Shown here: positions 40,545-51,932 of the stretch, piece by piece
How positions within the stretch are numbered: the stretch's first letter is position 1
Layout of the letters: each line of letters opens with the position of its first letter
DNA from: Trypanosoma brucei
Taxonomy: Eukaryota
Direction: 5' to 3'
Length of the DNA: 64,000 nt
Assembly (NCBI GenBank): GCA_000002445.1
Contig: CP000069.1
Coordinates: 416,001 to 480,000 of the forward strand
The notes under the pieces: model-generated
Told to the model about the DNA's origin: nothing
Seen by the model: only the letters and a program-made list of their open reading frames with translations
Databases searched by the model: none
Position numbers and translations under genes: made by a program

Positions 40545-42392
40545 CTTCCGCCCCGCGACGCTATTTCCCCCTTCCTTCAGCCGCTGTTTACTCTAATGTC
40601 TTGCCCTTCAGCCTGGTGGAATGAGACAGTGAATCAATAACAGGATAGAAAGAGGTGTGAATGGGATCAGTCAGAGGAAAAACCGACTGCCTCTCCTTCT
40701 CACTGTACTAAATCTCAAAGTCACTTATTTTCCACCACACTTTGGCCTCTGCCTCGTTTTATTATTTTTTTTTTTGGCGAGGGAGAGGTGATTCAGGATT
40801 TCTAAATTTCCAATATTTGCAAGACAAAAAAAAACAGATATACCCGAGGGTAGACAAAAAGACGAAGAAAAGAAGAATGGAAAGGGGAATATTGCAGCAA
40901 TAACAAGATATAGATTTCAAACAAGTGAAAAAACAAAGCGACTGCCGACGAAAGAAAGAAGAGAAAAGGAAGTGCAAAAGTTTTATTATTAAAACTTTGA
41001 GAACGGGCAGAAAGTGCACATGAGAGGAACCCCAAAAAAGAAAAGGAAATATGGGACTTTTATTTTGCCCACTACCCGTTCCACATACGAGGTGAATGCT
41101 ACACAATGTGAGAAACAAAATTAGTGGGGTTGGAGGGGGGAAAACAACAACAACAACAACAAAGAACAGTAACAACACTACATTACACGACTAATGCTGA
41201 GTGACGCCCGCCCCTTTAGTGGCGGTGTGATAATGACACAGATAATACCAAAAAAAAACATTCATAGTGAAAAGAAGCACCTCATTGTTTCCTCTCCATA
41301 CATGACACCACATGCACCCACGGGGCACCGCAGTGCATACTCAATTCCAACTCCTCACCTTCATAGAACGTATTGCACCGTCGCATATGAAAGGGAAGCT
41401 GAAAAAGAAAGAAAGAAAGGAAGCGAAAAGCATCTACTGGTTTACTGTTGGTTTCAACAGCAATAGAAACGAACTTTCGAGCACTCCTCGGGGTCCTACA
41501 GCATCACTAAACCTTCACCACCACCCCCCTCTTCCCCGTTCCACCTTATCACTAGTGAGCCAAAACAACCAAAACAAGGGAATAATGAAATGAACTTGCG
41601 CACAGAAAAAGCACAACACCGGTTATTTGGTTGTTTTGCTTCACATACTTTCGGCCTACCGGCAGAAAAAAAAACACGATTTCCCCTCACGATGTATGTA
41701 TATATATATATATTTATATTTACTTATGCACACCCGCGCGTGTGGGTGTGTACAGCACAATACGACCGTATACCCCATCAGAACTTGAGCATTCACCAAA
41801 AGAGAGGGCATGTGCAAAAATTCAGACAGAATGACAGTTAGAATTGATTTAAAATATTTGAAATAAAAAGGTGAAAGAGTGAGCGGAGGAGCATAAAGAG
41901 AAATGTAGCCTAAGCAACGATTTAGGCAACTTTTTGCATGAAGATACATTGGGGCAGCTCTGAACATCAAAGACAACACATGACGCTCTAGACTCACAAC
42001 ACAATCTCAATACCTTCATTCTATGAGCCATTTGTTTTCTTCCAGCTTTCTATTTGTCCTCTCTGTTCCCACTGTTTTGTACAACTCTCCGTGCCTCTCC
42101 TTCCCTTGCGGTGACAAATAGGGATAAGAAAAAGAAAAACACGGATACGTCGCGAAATATTGCCTGCTCTGACAGAGGCATGTCCCAACACCATTCCTTC
42201 ATCATGCTGTAAACCTCTCCGTCTCCACTTGCCTCTAGTTTTTTTCTTCTTGCCTTTTCATTTAGAAACACATGTGATAATTAGATGTTCCTCTCTTCCC
42301 ACCCACCCTCCTTTTACTTTGAACTATATCCTTTTTCGTTTTCGGTGTTGAAGGAGAGACAGCAGCGTCGTTACAACACGCACCGTCCTCCT

Positions 42393-43286
42393 CTACAATG
42401 TATATGCCTCAAATGTCTCCATCACATGTTCACTGCAAGAAGGTACGGGACATTTGTTGCAAATGTACTGCGCACAGTCCTTGCACAACACCTGGTGTTT
42501 GCACGGATAACAGATTACAGTGCAGAGGCGCCGACGACATACCATACACTTTGACCGCTCATTGATAGTCATGCGCACGCGGCTAATCATTTCTAACATC
42601 TCACGCTCAATTTCCTGCAACTGTTCCAACGACCGGTGCTGCAGTTCCGCGATTACTGGCATTTGTACGTGGGTGCTAAAGACCTCAATTGTAATTTCCT
42701 CTCTTAGCGCTTTCAGTACCCGCTCCCTTCGCTCCGTAAGTGCTGAATCTTCACCGTAACGTTTCCTTCGCATCTCAGGCACCAATGCTCTTTGTTTATG
42801 CTCCTCCAGCATGTCTAAGCGGAACTGAATTTGTGAGGGGTTCAGGAAGGGCACACCAGCCTCACATGTCATTTCCACCCATTGCTGATACTCCGCTGGA
42901 CGGAATGGGGAATTCGAAATGGAGTTGAGTTGCACAACATTCCCGTTTTGCGTAGCTCGGAAACATGGGGGAAGCTCAATCACAATATGCCATTCAGTAC
43001 AGGCCATGTCGGCGGAAAACCCCGAGTACTTTGGACCCCTCCGCGCCCCTCTAACACAAGCGATGTAGTAGTGATCACTATTATCACGCCGCATGTCTTC
43101 ACTGCGCATTTCTAATAACACCCGCACGTAGCAACCGCGGACTACCTCCTCGAAGTTCTTCCACTCAATAAAGTTCACAAGTGTTGTGCGAAACAACTGA
43201 AGTTTCTTGAGCATGTCGTACGGTGGCGCCGGTATATGCTCATCTAACAAATAGTCGGTCTGAGGTGTAGCGGCCATATGTGGCAA
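42393..43286 (-). CDS. RING-finger protein, 297 aa (C-terminal C3HC4-like RING, resembling IAP/MDM2-style E3 ligase RINGs)
   Basis: C-terminal CMVCRRRLCTVICYPCKHQVLCKDCAQYICNKCPVPSC. The N-terminal domain is unassigned. Confidence 0.65.
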   Translation of the reverse strand: MPHMAATPQTDYLLDEHIPAPPYDMLKKLQLFRTTLVNFIEWKNFEEVVRGCYVRVLLEMRSEDMRRDNSDHYYIACVRGARRGPKYSGFSADMACTEWHIVIELPPCFRATQNGNVVQLNSISNSPFRPAEYQQWVEMTCEAGVPFLNPSQIQFRLDMLEEHKQRALVPEMRRKRYGEDSALTERRERVLKALREEITIEVFSTHVQMPVIAELQHRSLEQLQEIEREMLEMISRVRMTINERSKCMVCRRRLCTVICYPCKHQVLCKDCAQYICNKCPVPSCSEHVMETFEAYTL

Positions 43287-43886
43287 GGTACGACAGCCGT
43301 CTTACACAACCTATACTTCCTCCCTTGCCTCTGTGCTTATCAATTTTATCGTTTGAAAACTATTCCGTACCGCCTGTGTTCGGTTTTTCCTCCGTTTGGC
43401 TACCGTTGGTCTTTATTTATTTATTGGTGGCTGCCTTAACTTGGAGATGAGCCGGTGGTTCCCGCGTCTTGCACTAAATCCTTCGTTGCTGTTGTTGTTA
43501 TTTCCCGATCCTTGTCTTATCTTCCGGGTCCCGATTCCTTCGCCTCACTTCACAACTAACAATGACAGCCCGCAAAGAGGAGGAGAGAGCCAGCAAAGGA
43601 ATAAGGAAATAAAGTTTAAGAGGGCAAAACATGTAAATTAGCAAAATAAATAATAAATAAAACCGCGCAGGTCCTCCCTTTTTGGTGAAGATGCAGAAGG
43701 AGGAGACATTTGGAGACGTGAATGTCAATGCAACAACGTACGGAACGAGCACACCGTTACATCTCTCATCCTCAAACGTTTCGAAAGTTCAGCGGTGTGG
43801 GTCCATCACCTTCTTTACGTGGGTGCACATTCACGGCCCCGCGGCCCCTTTTCGGTCTTTACTGACCATTGTTCATCGGTCAGTTT

Positions 43887-45329
43887 TTACTTCTCACTTA
43901 ATAATTCCAACCAGTTAACCACACCCTTCGGCACCTCCATGGAAAAGACGTCTCCCATGCAGTTAACAAAATGCAGTGTGTCCTCTGCATTCCTGAAACA
44001 TTTGTCCTCAGCGATAAATGTTGAAGTCACCTCAAAGTTCTCGGGTGACATCTTTATATTGCGTATATCCTCCAGAAACTTCTCTTCCTCCTTCATGTGT
44101 CGCGCAAATGATGCCATCACCCCTAAAAGCAGCGGATAGTCGCCCAAGTCTTTCATCCGCATGCCACTGCGGTAAAAATTTTGCAGCCACGGCTCATCGG
44201 CGATATCAAGAGAAAAGTGCCGCAGAATGTAAGGCATACCAGTAATCCTGAGGATTTTGTGTCTCAACTCGTCTGTACTCTCCTTATTATCGGATCTCTC
44301 GGCCATCCTACCTGCTTCCTCAATGCTAGCATCCGCCACTTGTAGACATCCCTGCAAGTGTTCATAATTTTTCGCATGGTAGTGTGTATAGAGAAGCTCA
44401 ACTCCCACTAAACGAGCATCGGTCGTCCACAACTGCTGTGGTGTATGCCAATGTGTCACCAGTTGTTCCGCGTAAGCTGCCAATGGGGGAACGCGGTAAG
44501 CTAAGAAACGTATGAACCGTCTCTGAGCCTCCACCGTGGGGTCTAAGTTCGCTTCAGCGAGGCAATGAATTGCGTCGATAGCTGTATTCATCTTCCGTGT
44601 GAGAGAAGCTGATATAATTACCGCGGACGCAGCCGTCTGATCCCAGCGAGCAGAGGAATGACTCATCCACAACCATAATGTTAACACCTTCCTGTGGTCT
44701 CCACCCCGAGCGAGAAACAACAACACCGCGCCATAGTCCCTTGGACTGACAAATGACTTACGCAGAGCGATGTTAAACGCATCCACAACATTTTGCCTAT
44801 CCTCAGCCAAGGTGTGATCGCTCAGCAAGCATAATGAGTTAATAAGCGTACCTGAGAGATGTGGCACCTCCCGTATTTCACGCATTAACATCTGCTTCAC
44901 CTCCCGTGCGTAATCTGTTTTCGCCACCTTTTCCGCAAGGGCGCAAAGAAGCTCACAACACATGCCCACCGATACCGGGCGAAGCGCGTCGGCTAATTGT
45001 AACAGAGTCTTCGCCTCAATGCCATTTTTAGAAGATAATAATTGCATGAGCTGCGTCCCTACTTCCCGGGCAGAGGGATGGGAAGAAAGCAACGCCACCA
45101 CCCGCCGTGGTTCCCTCTGCAAAAGATAACTTCGACCCAAGCCAGCAGCTATGGGGACAGGAAGCGGTGCAACGGGATATTTCTCACGGAATGCTGACGC
45201 AACTTTCTGCACAGCTGCGGCATCATCGGGTACAAACTCGCTGCCGCACAGCAACTGCTGGAAACTAAGCAGCCGTGTAGCGCATCGCCGCATACCCAAA
45301 CACAATCGAGGGTTCTTTCTACATAACAA
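43887..45329 (-). CDS. Hypothetical protein, 480 aa. The N-terminus resembles a mitochondrial presequence (Arg-rich, amphipathic)
   Basis: Long ORF. MLCRKNPRLCLGMRRCATRLLSF at the N-terminus. Confidence 0.55.
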   Translation of the reverse strand: MLCRKNPRLCLGMRRCATRLLSFQQLLCGSEFVPDDAAAVQKVASAFREKYPVAPLPVPIAAGLGRSYLLQREPRRVVALLSSHPSAREVGTQLMQLLSSKNGIEAKTLLQLADALRPVSVGMCCELLCALAEKVAKTDYAREVKQMLMREIREVPHLSGTLINSLCLLSDHTLAEDRQNVVDAFNIALRKSFVSPRDYGAVLLFLARGGDHRKVLTLWLWMSHSSARWDQTAASAVIISASLTRKMNTAIDAIHCLAEANLDPTVEAQRRFIRFLAYRVPPLAAYAEQLVTHWHTPQQLWTTDARLVGVELLYTHYHAKNYEHLQGCLQVADASIEEAGRMAERSDNKESTDELRHKILRITGMPYILRHFSLDIADEPWLQNFYRSGMRMKDLGDYPLLLGVMASFARHMKEEEKFLEDIRNIKMSPENFEVTSTFIAEDKCFRNAEDTLHFVNCMGDVFSMEVPKGVVNWLELLSEK

Positions 45330-45775
45330 TGTGGGGAAATCATTGTACGTTTGAATAAGGGTGAAGCTGATATTGAAGAAAACAACAGCGCGACTTCCAG
45401 GAAAACATATCTATTACACTGTAAACGAAAAATAAACATGAACAAACAATAATCTTCCCGAGGTGATTGTGTGTGTATGCGCGTGCGGGAAGAGTGTTGA
45501 GAGAGCCAAACAGATGTGCCCCTGCCCACACGGGTGTACACGCAATAAAATGAATGAAATTGGTCCCACGGGCCTACGGGGGTGACAAAAGTAACCTGAT
45601 TTATTTAATCACGATTGCATCGGTCTAAAATAAAAGCTGTGAAGTTCTAAATCGTTTCCCTAGTTGGAGAAAATACCTTCCCACCTGCTTAATTTGGACA
45701 TGGCAACCCCATGTTGCACATTCCTCCGCCATTCAAGCAAAGGACGAGAGGAGGCGCGTGAGATACTAACAAAGA

Positions 45776-46402
45776 TTACCTAGCTCCCAAGACAGAAGCA
45801 ACTTTCCTTCTATCCTCATCATCCATCCTTTCCCAAAGGCAGCGTACAGTTTGGGGATCGCGAAGGTCGTACATCGAAAGTGTCTCTCCAACGGCTTCCT
45901 CAAGAAGCTCCACGACAGCGGAAATGCGTGCCAACATGGCTTGATGTTGCCTCCACTTAGCAGTGGATTGATTTGCATTGTCACCCTTCGAAAGCTCAAC
46001 GAACTTGTCGACCAACGCAGTGCAAAGTTTGCACACACGTGCCAGTGTTTCATCTACGTCACTACTTGTGTTGTACCCAAACCACTTCGCTGGGAGGAGG
46101 CCTTCAACCTCCTCAGGGGAAATACATTGTGCCACATTCTCTTCCCAGTGGCTCTCTCGTTCTGTCCATGAGAGGTCCCATGAGCGTATGTCTATTTCAG
46201 CTGCAGGATTGAAAAGAACTGTGCTTGTGGTGCGTCTGTCCCACTCTTGAAGGAGATGATTCCTGATGACGTCGAGGTCACGGGCGGATGACTCGGGGCC
46301 GGTGACAGATGCATCGTACGGGTTAATGGTATTCATTTTCCTGCAGCCAGTCATCCGCTCAGGATCTAATGTGTATGGTAGAATGGAATGCATTGTGCAC
46401 AA
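45776..46402 (-). CDS. Hypothetical protein, ~208 aa (the start may instead be the Met at aa 23)
   Basis: ORF only. No family recognised. Confidence 0.45.
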   Translation of the reverse strand: MCTMHSILPYTLDPERMTGCRKMNTINPYDASVTGPESSARDLDVIRNHLLQEWDRRTTSTVLFNPAAEIDIRSWDLSWTERESHWEENVAQCISPEEVEGLLPAKWFGYNTSSDVDETLARVCKLCTALVDKFVELSKGDNANQSTAKWRQHQAMLARISAVVELLEEAVGETLSMYDLRDPQTVRCLWERMDDEDRRKVASVLGAR

Positions 46403-46934
46403 TGATCTTTTTCTTTTTTTAAAAAAAAGACAAGGAACGGTTACAATAGAAACACCAACTATAGTAAACTACTTTTTCTCTAAAAACAATGAGTGAAAAA
46501 CTTTAACTTATTGCACCCTAAAGGGGGAAGGGAAAGTACGACACACCGTATGTGTCTTTTTTTTTCCTGCTATTTTAAGGGGTAAGAAGCACAAGGAAAA
46601 AAGAGGGCGAAGCATTAGAGTGGCGTAAGAACAGAAAATAAAGTGTAACGATGGTATTCCGGAGGCAGAAACGCTCTGAAAAACGGGGAGGAAGCGCGGA
46701 ATCAGAGATAAAACAAAATGTAAACGATGCACATCCGCACAGCAGGGGCCGTTACGCAGACCTACCCAAGTAGGCAAAAAACAATCGTGAAGACCATAAA
46801 AACAAGTGAAAAAATATATGTAGAAACAACGTGTGGTAAACGGAGTGCATCTGTAAGTATAATTCTGTGCGATGTATTTCCCAATAGATAGAAAAAAAAC
46901 AGTACGGAGAAAAGAGAAGAATATAAGTTGGTCA

Positions 46935-46936
<2 letters not shown>

Positions 46937-46966
<30 letters not shown>
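46937..46966. repeat. (TA)15 microsatellite, with another (TA)n at 47397..47413
   Basis: Read directly from the sequence. Confidence 0.9.
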
Positions 46967-46970
<4 letters not shown>

Positions 46971-47492
46971 GAAAATAAAGTTTCACCGAGAAGTCATGCA
47001 TGGACCCACCACAAAGTGACAAGGATGGCCACCATCATTTGAGTGGTAAGGCGCAGGGAGCTGGACATAATGGTCATTAGCGTCACACCCAGAGACTTAC
47101 GTGGCGCTTCAGCAACGCATTTAAGGCGGTAATGCAGCTCAACATATCTCTGCTCGAGGTTATCAAATTCCTCCTCCGTCACCTCCATGCAGCGAATGGA
47201 AAGCTGAATCGCAGAAGCTATTTTGCCTAAAAGAGAGAAACCACGCAACAAGAAAAAACAGAGACAACAATGGGTAATTTAGAAGGAACCTGTCACACAC
47301 CTACAGCCCAAAACTGCCGCAAAGCTGACTTCCTTTCAGTCCTCTTCAATTAAAAACAGTTTGAGACCACTCACTTGTGGTACTGTACCCTCTTCCATAT
47401 ATATATATATATACCCTATGGGTGCCAAAACCTATGAAAAAAAGAAAACTCCAAAGACTGAAGGATGAAAATGAATGGCAGCAACACTCCTT

Positions 47493-49202
47493 TTACCACA
47501 GTGTGGAGGTCCTGCGTAAGCTTGCCGCGGGAACAAATTCCTCTGGAGGCAGCAGATCCTTCGTAACGGGGCAACGATACAAAACGCGTACTTCAGGACC
47601 GCGATGTGGCATGGGTGATGAATGAGAGGCTTCATTCGATTTTTCCCTGATTTGTTTTTCTAAGGCTGCCTTGTAAGCTTCCCTTTTTTGCTTGGCTTTC
47701 CGGTTCTCTTCCTCTGTATACCGTTTAGTCTCCGAAATAGTTTCCTGAAGAAGGCGTTTCTCCTCTTCCAGAGCCCTATCCTTTGCTGCACGTTGTGCCT
47801 CCCGACTGGAGGCAATGTGTTTTTCTAAGTTGTCATAGAACTCTTGCTCTCTTTTCAGCCGGTTTTTCTCCTCCCTCTCATGAGCTGAGTAAAGCAAAAA
47901 TTTATCATGGCACTCATTTGCAGAGCTAACTTTCTTCAGGCCCTCTTTCTTCTTGCTTGCATCTCGCGTAACCATGGACATGGCTTTTTGTCTCTTCAGC
48001 TTTTCAGCTCTTCGACTTTGCTTTTCTTCCCGCTCGATTCGCTCTATGTATTGATTAAACTTCTTTTCACCCTCTATTCTTTCCAGCCTCTCTCCCTTGC
48101 GGATTCTCTCAGCTTGCTCAGCTAGTTGCTTGTTCACCTCAGCAAGCTTACGACATTCATTCCATCTAACTGAAGGGTTGTCACCCTCGAAGCGAAAAAA
48201 ACATTCAGTTGGTTGACCAAATGAGAGCGCTGCCGCGCCCTCCTCGACTGCACCATCGTCACTCCCGCGAGCCGCTTGTAAAGACGGATTTCTTCCCACA
48301 TCGTGGGCGTATCTTTTCCCACCGAAAGAAACACCCTTGCCTCCACCATAGTTCCATGCTGCCTCCATGGCACGCTGACGTTGGCGTTCATCCCTTTTTT
48401 TCTCAGCAAGTTCACGATTTGCATCCATTAGCGCTACACATCGATCCCGTTGAATACGCTTTCTCCTTGTATCATTATTCCACGGAAAAGGCTCGTAGTG
48501 CAGATCCCAGGCCGCTCCTTCAACTGGCTCCCCCTTTTTATGATTATCTAGTGATTCAAACGCTGCCTGCTGCAGTTGGTCTCGTAAGGCCTTCTTTCCT
48601 TCTATGGTTTTCTCGGGATCTAACGCATTACATGCCACGGTGTAACTTTCTATTCCGTTTGCTTCAGTCTCCATGCGCCGGCGTTGCTGAGCCTCACGTT
48701 CAGCTCTTGTGCGGTGCGCTTGCTCCATATTTACCTCTTGTAAACTCTTCAGTAGCCTTTGCTTGCACTTCGCGTCGTCCCTTTCACCCCAAGCATCAAC
48801 CTCATGACGGTGGCACCGGTGACGCACCTTCTCTCCCATTGCTCGTTGCTTTTTCACTTCTGCCAGCTGCATGTTGATCGCGTTTCTCGACGGTATCTTG
48901 GCATCGTATATGAGGTACTCTACATTAGGGCGATTATTTTTCCCAACTACTGTCATGACTTCACCACTGAACTCAGCCATGGGCGCGCGAGGGGCTTGCA
49001 GTTCCTTTTTTGTGTTTACCGCAGTTGCAATCCGCGCGACCTTTTGACTCACAGGCGGCCGTCTGCACGGGGACATGACGCGATGGGTGTTCCGCACCGC
49101 CTGCGCTTTTGGTTGAGGTGGTACGGGGTCATTGGGAATCGAAACCTTCAAGTGCTGAAGAAGTGCAAACTCCTGCGACGCGCATTCCATAGGGTTGTCC
49201 AA
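47493..49202 (-). CDS. Highly charged (Glu/Arg/Lys-rich), likely coiled-coil hypothetical protein, 569 aa
   Basis: Long ORF with ERxxE/KR-rich repeats. Confidence 0.55.
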   Translation of the reverse strand: MDNPMECASQEFALLQHLKVSIPNDPVPPQPKAQAVRNTHRVMSPCRRPPVSQKVARIATAVNTKKELQAPRAPMAEFSGEVMTVVGKNNRPNVEYLIYDAKIPSRNAINMQLAEVKKQRAMGEKVRHRCHRHEVDAWGERDDAKCKQRLLKSLQEVNMEQAHRTRAEREAQQRRRMETEANGIESYTVACNALDPEKTIEGKKALRDQLQQAAFESLDNHKKGEPVEGAAWDLHYEPFPWNNDTRRKRIQRDRCVALMDANRELAEKKRDERQRQRAMEAAWNYGGGKGVSFGGKRYAHDVGRNPSLQAARGSDDGAVEEGAAALSFGQPTECFFRFEGDNPSVRWNECRKLAEVNKQLAEQAERIRKGERLERIEGEKKFNQYIERIEREEKQSRRAEKLKRQKAMSMVTRDASKKKEGLKKVSSANECHDKFLLYSAHEREEKNRLKREQEFYDNLEKHIASSREAQRAAKDRALEEEKRLLQETISETKRYTEEENRKAKQKREAYKAALEKQIREKSNEASHSSPMPHRGPEVRVLYRCPVTKDLLPPEEFVPAASLRRTSTLW

Positions 49203-49836
49203 TGAAGGAGTGGAGACAATTCGTACAGGTGCTTAAAAATCTTTCCTATTTTTTAAAGAAAAAGAAGAAAGGAAGGAAGGAAGAGAATTACAAAAATCGA
49301 AGTGTTTTTTTTTTAAAATTTCATGCATTCGTGGAGTAACGCAAGCGTCGCTACCTCAGGAACCAGTCAGTGGTGGAGGGGTTATGAAATTGTATACAAC
49401 ACGCAGAGGGGAAGAGCGGAGGATGTGAAAAATAAACACACAGTCGCTCAGCCTCGCATACGGACACCAGAAGCTGTGGCAAATGCATTGCAAATTGAGC
49501 AAAAAGGACCCATTTCTTCGACCCATGGAAGCTGCGGTCCTCCCAACTGCAATGCGTGCGCATACGTGTCTCTGGTATACGTGTGTGTGGGGAAGGGGTA
49601 GAGGGCTATGTTTTTTCTAAAAACAAAAAAAAAAGAAAAGAGAGAAAGGTGAAAACACACTTTAAAAGGGAAACGAGAACGCCTCGTTGCGTCGCGAGCA
49701 CCCAAAGTTTACGAAGGATTTTGGTATTCAGCAGGACACCAATATAACAAAGGTTAAGATCAAGTTCCCATCATCCGTTGTACGTAAGCATTGTCAACAA
49801 CGGCGCAACCAGCTTGCTCACAGAATGTTTTTTTTC

Positions 49837-51087
49837 CTATTTTTGCAGCAAGTGTTTTTTTACTAGTTCGCACATCCTACGATACTTCAACTTCATAACT
49901 TCCTCCTCTGAGGGAAGCTTGGCATTAGCGACGAGATGGCGCTCACCACACTCATTCGCGTTCACATCAACTTTATCGTACAATACACTGTAAAAAAAAT
50001 TTCTCAAAGTCTTCAAGAGAATACCCTGCGACCATGCAAATCCATGGCTCGCTTCACCGGGCATAATTAATGGTCGTGACACGTACATATCCAACTGCTG
50101 CAACTCCACGGTCCTGTTCCCGACAATAGTCAAGATGCAGCCGCTATTCTTGTTCACATCACAGAAATGCGGAGCTGAAAAGAGGAAAATGTAGCTGGGC
50201 ACGCGAAGGCCCTTACGTATCCTGCCAAACATCCAACCAGGAAGATACCTGGACTCTCTGTACCGGTCAAAACTCATAAAGTTTTCCGAGCGCTCACTCG
50301 ACGCGTGGAATTCGATACCAGCAATGTGGGTGAATAAGTCGTTGCGCAACAGAAAGTTACACAACGCGTTATGGGTGTACCTCAGACAATTTCCTGTTGC
50401 CGTGTGTGAGCCGACGAAGGCGCAACCGGCGTAAAGCTTGTCCTCCTCCTCGTTCATGGGTTGATTTTGAACAAACTCATTTAACCGCAGCCGTGAGCGC
50501 TCCCTGGAAATTTCTTCTGTGAAACGGTACGTAGAAGCAATCCCACTGGACGAACAGAAAAAACGCTTATTTATAATGCAGGCTACAGGGAGCGTGGAAA
50601 AGAAGCGTCGCACCGTTTCTTCAATGGAATCCAGTGGAACATCACAGTGTATTGAGCGCAGGCGGAGCTCTGCTCGCAACGATCCGAAATCTCCCGGGGG
50701 GAACGGGTAGAACATTTCGTGGCGTCCAACCAGCGGTGTAACAGAGGGAAGGTCCAGCATACAAAGGGCGAGCATGTACAAAACCTCAACGGAGTGATGG
50801 CCGCCGTCCACGTAGTTGCCGAGGAAAACAAGATTCAGCTTTCCTTGTATTGCCCTACTTAAGACGTGCGTATCTAAACAGTGAGCCAAGTCTGCGGCGT
50901 GCCCTCTGCATGGACCTATGACGACTGTGTCACCAGAAACTTCCTCGAGTGGGCGACCACCATCGCGACGTGAAGCGGCCGCCGAAAGCACCTTAAGGAA
51001 CTCCACCGTCGCAACACATTCGCCGCGCAGCACCGACTTCACTGCCTCTCCTATATGTAGATGTGCTTCTGTCGATACAGATGGCAT
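49837..51087 (-). CDS. PPP-family Ser/Thr phosphatase-like protein (calcineurin-like metallophosphoesterase fold) with degenerate catalytic motifs. Putative pseudophosphatase, 416 aa
   Basis: GDxHG -> VIGPCRGH. GDxVDRG -> GNYVDGGHHS (Arg lost). GNHE -> GRHEM. Downstream HGG-like and SAPHF (SAPNY-like) elements retained. Start re-called to the Met at 51087 (MPSVSTEAH), because codons 1-32 of the supplied ORF translate a pyrimidine tract followed by AG. Confidence 0.65.
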   Translation of the reverse strand: MPSVSTEAHLHIGEAVKSVLRGECVATVEFLKVLSAAASRRDGGRPLEEVSGDTVVIGPCRGHAADLAHCLDTHVLSRAIQGKLNLVFLGNYVDGGHHSVEVLYMLALCMLDLPSVTPLVGRHEMFYPFPPGDFGSLRAELRLRSIHCDVPLDSIEETVRRFFSTLPVACIINKRFFCSSSGIASTYRFTEEISRERSRLRLNEFVQNQPMNEEEDKLYAGCAFVGSHTATGNCLRYTHNALCNFLLRNDLFTHIAGIEFHASSERSENFMSFDRYRESRYLPGWMFGRIRKGLRVPSYIFLFSAPHFCDVNKNSGCILTIVGNRTVELQQLDMYVSRPLIMPGEASHGFAWSQGILLKTLRNFFYSVLYDKVDVNANECGERHLVANAKLPSEEEVMKLKYRRMCELVKKHLLQK

Positions 51088-51117
51088 CCGCACAATCCTA
51101 ATCCAATACTTATACCG

Positions 51118-51176
51118 TGGGCAAAGAGAGAAAAATATCAAGGAAGAAGGTAAAATGGACATAACAGGGAAAGAGT
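51118..51176 (-). promoter_or_regulatory. Polypyrimidine tract plus AG (minus strand). Candidate SL trans-splice acceptor for the phosphatase-like gene
   Basis: Minus-strand sequence tctttccctgttatgtccattttaccttcttccttgatatttttctctctttgccc...ataag...attag, then ATG. Confidence 0.5.
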
Positions 51177-51295
51177 TCTCCATATACTGTTTTTAATGCG
51201 CAAAACTTGTATTTTAAAATTTGTTGCATATCCGAGTATGCACGTACACGGAGGAGGTGGTTGGTGTACTCCCTCAGCCGGCTTCCTAGCTGTCA

Positions 51296-51616
51296 TTATG
51301 CCTTTGGCGTCTGGTGCAAAGAATCAATAGTGTCGTAGTACACAGACAACAGTTCAGACACCTCCAAGTAGAGATTGCACACCCTTTGCGTTGGAGCCAC
51401 AACACTGTAAGTCTGCATGACGTCCAGCACCGGCTGATTCCGTGCGGCACCGATGATGCGAAACTCAGAAAGAGTTTTACGACGGGAGTATGGGGTGAGC
51501 CGCAGCGAATGCAAGGCGTGTCGTGTATGCCTTGGAAAGGGCGAGAACTTGTAGTAGCTCTTCAAACTGTCAAGATTCCGCCGCAAATCGCAACGCTGCT
51601 TTTGTTTTCGAGTCAT
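51296..51616 (-). CDS. Small basic hypothetical protein, 106 aa. Coding status uncertain
   Basis: Lone ORF filling the gap between two genes. The spacing to both neighbours (~200-300 bp) is compatible with a real gene. No family recognised. Confidence 0.3.
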   Translation of the reverse strand: MTRKQKQRCDLRRNLDSLKSYYKFSPFPRHTRHALHSLRLTPYSRRKTLSEFRIIGAARNQPVLDVMQTYSVVAPTQRVCNLYLEVSELLSVYYDTIDSLHQTPKA

Positions 51617-51932
51617 TCCTTTCGCTATGCTAGTTGATGTTGACTAGACATATTGGTGCAATCAATCAAAATAGTAAGGGGTAGTCTTCTCTTTCTTTCT
51701 TCAGTTGGGAAAAATTGAATAGGTGCACGCACGAGCCCCGCCCTGCTGTACAATGCTGCCCACCCCCTCCCCCCAGAACACGAAAGGTAAATGATAAACA
51801 GTGAAAAAGGTTCATATCATAACCTTCTCCTTCGCTAGTGAGTGAACAGGTCCCAGTGCGGAGTTATGAGTATACTTACCCGCGCACGTACCCTATTTTT
51901 TTTTCTCAACAGACCGACCGTACCGGGGATCG

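Noticed and set aside
48209-48877. 222-aa plus-strand ORF
   Set aside because: Entirely antisense to the 569-aa charged-protein CDS (47493..49202). The composition (Pro/Leu/His-rich) is typical of antisense translation of Glu/Lys/Arg codons.
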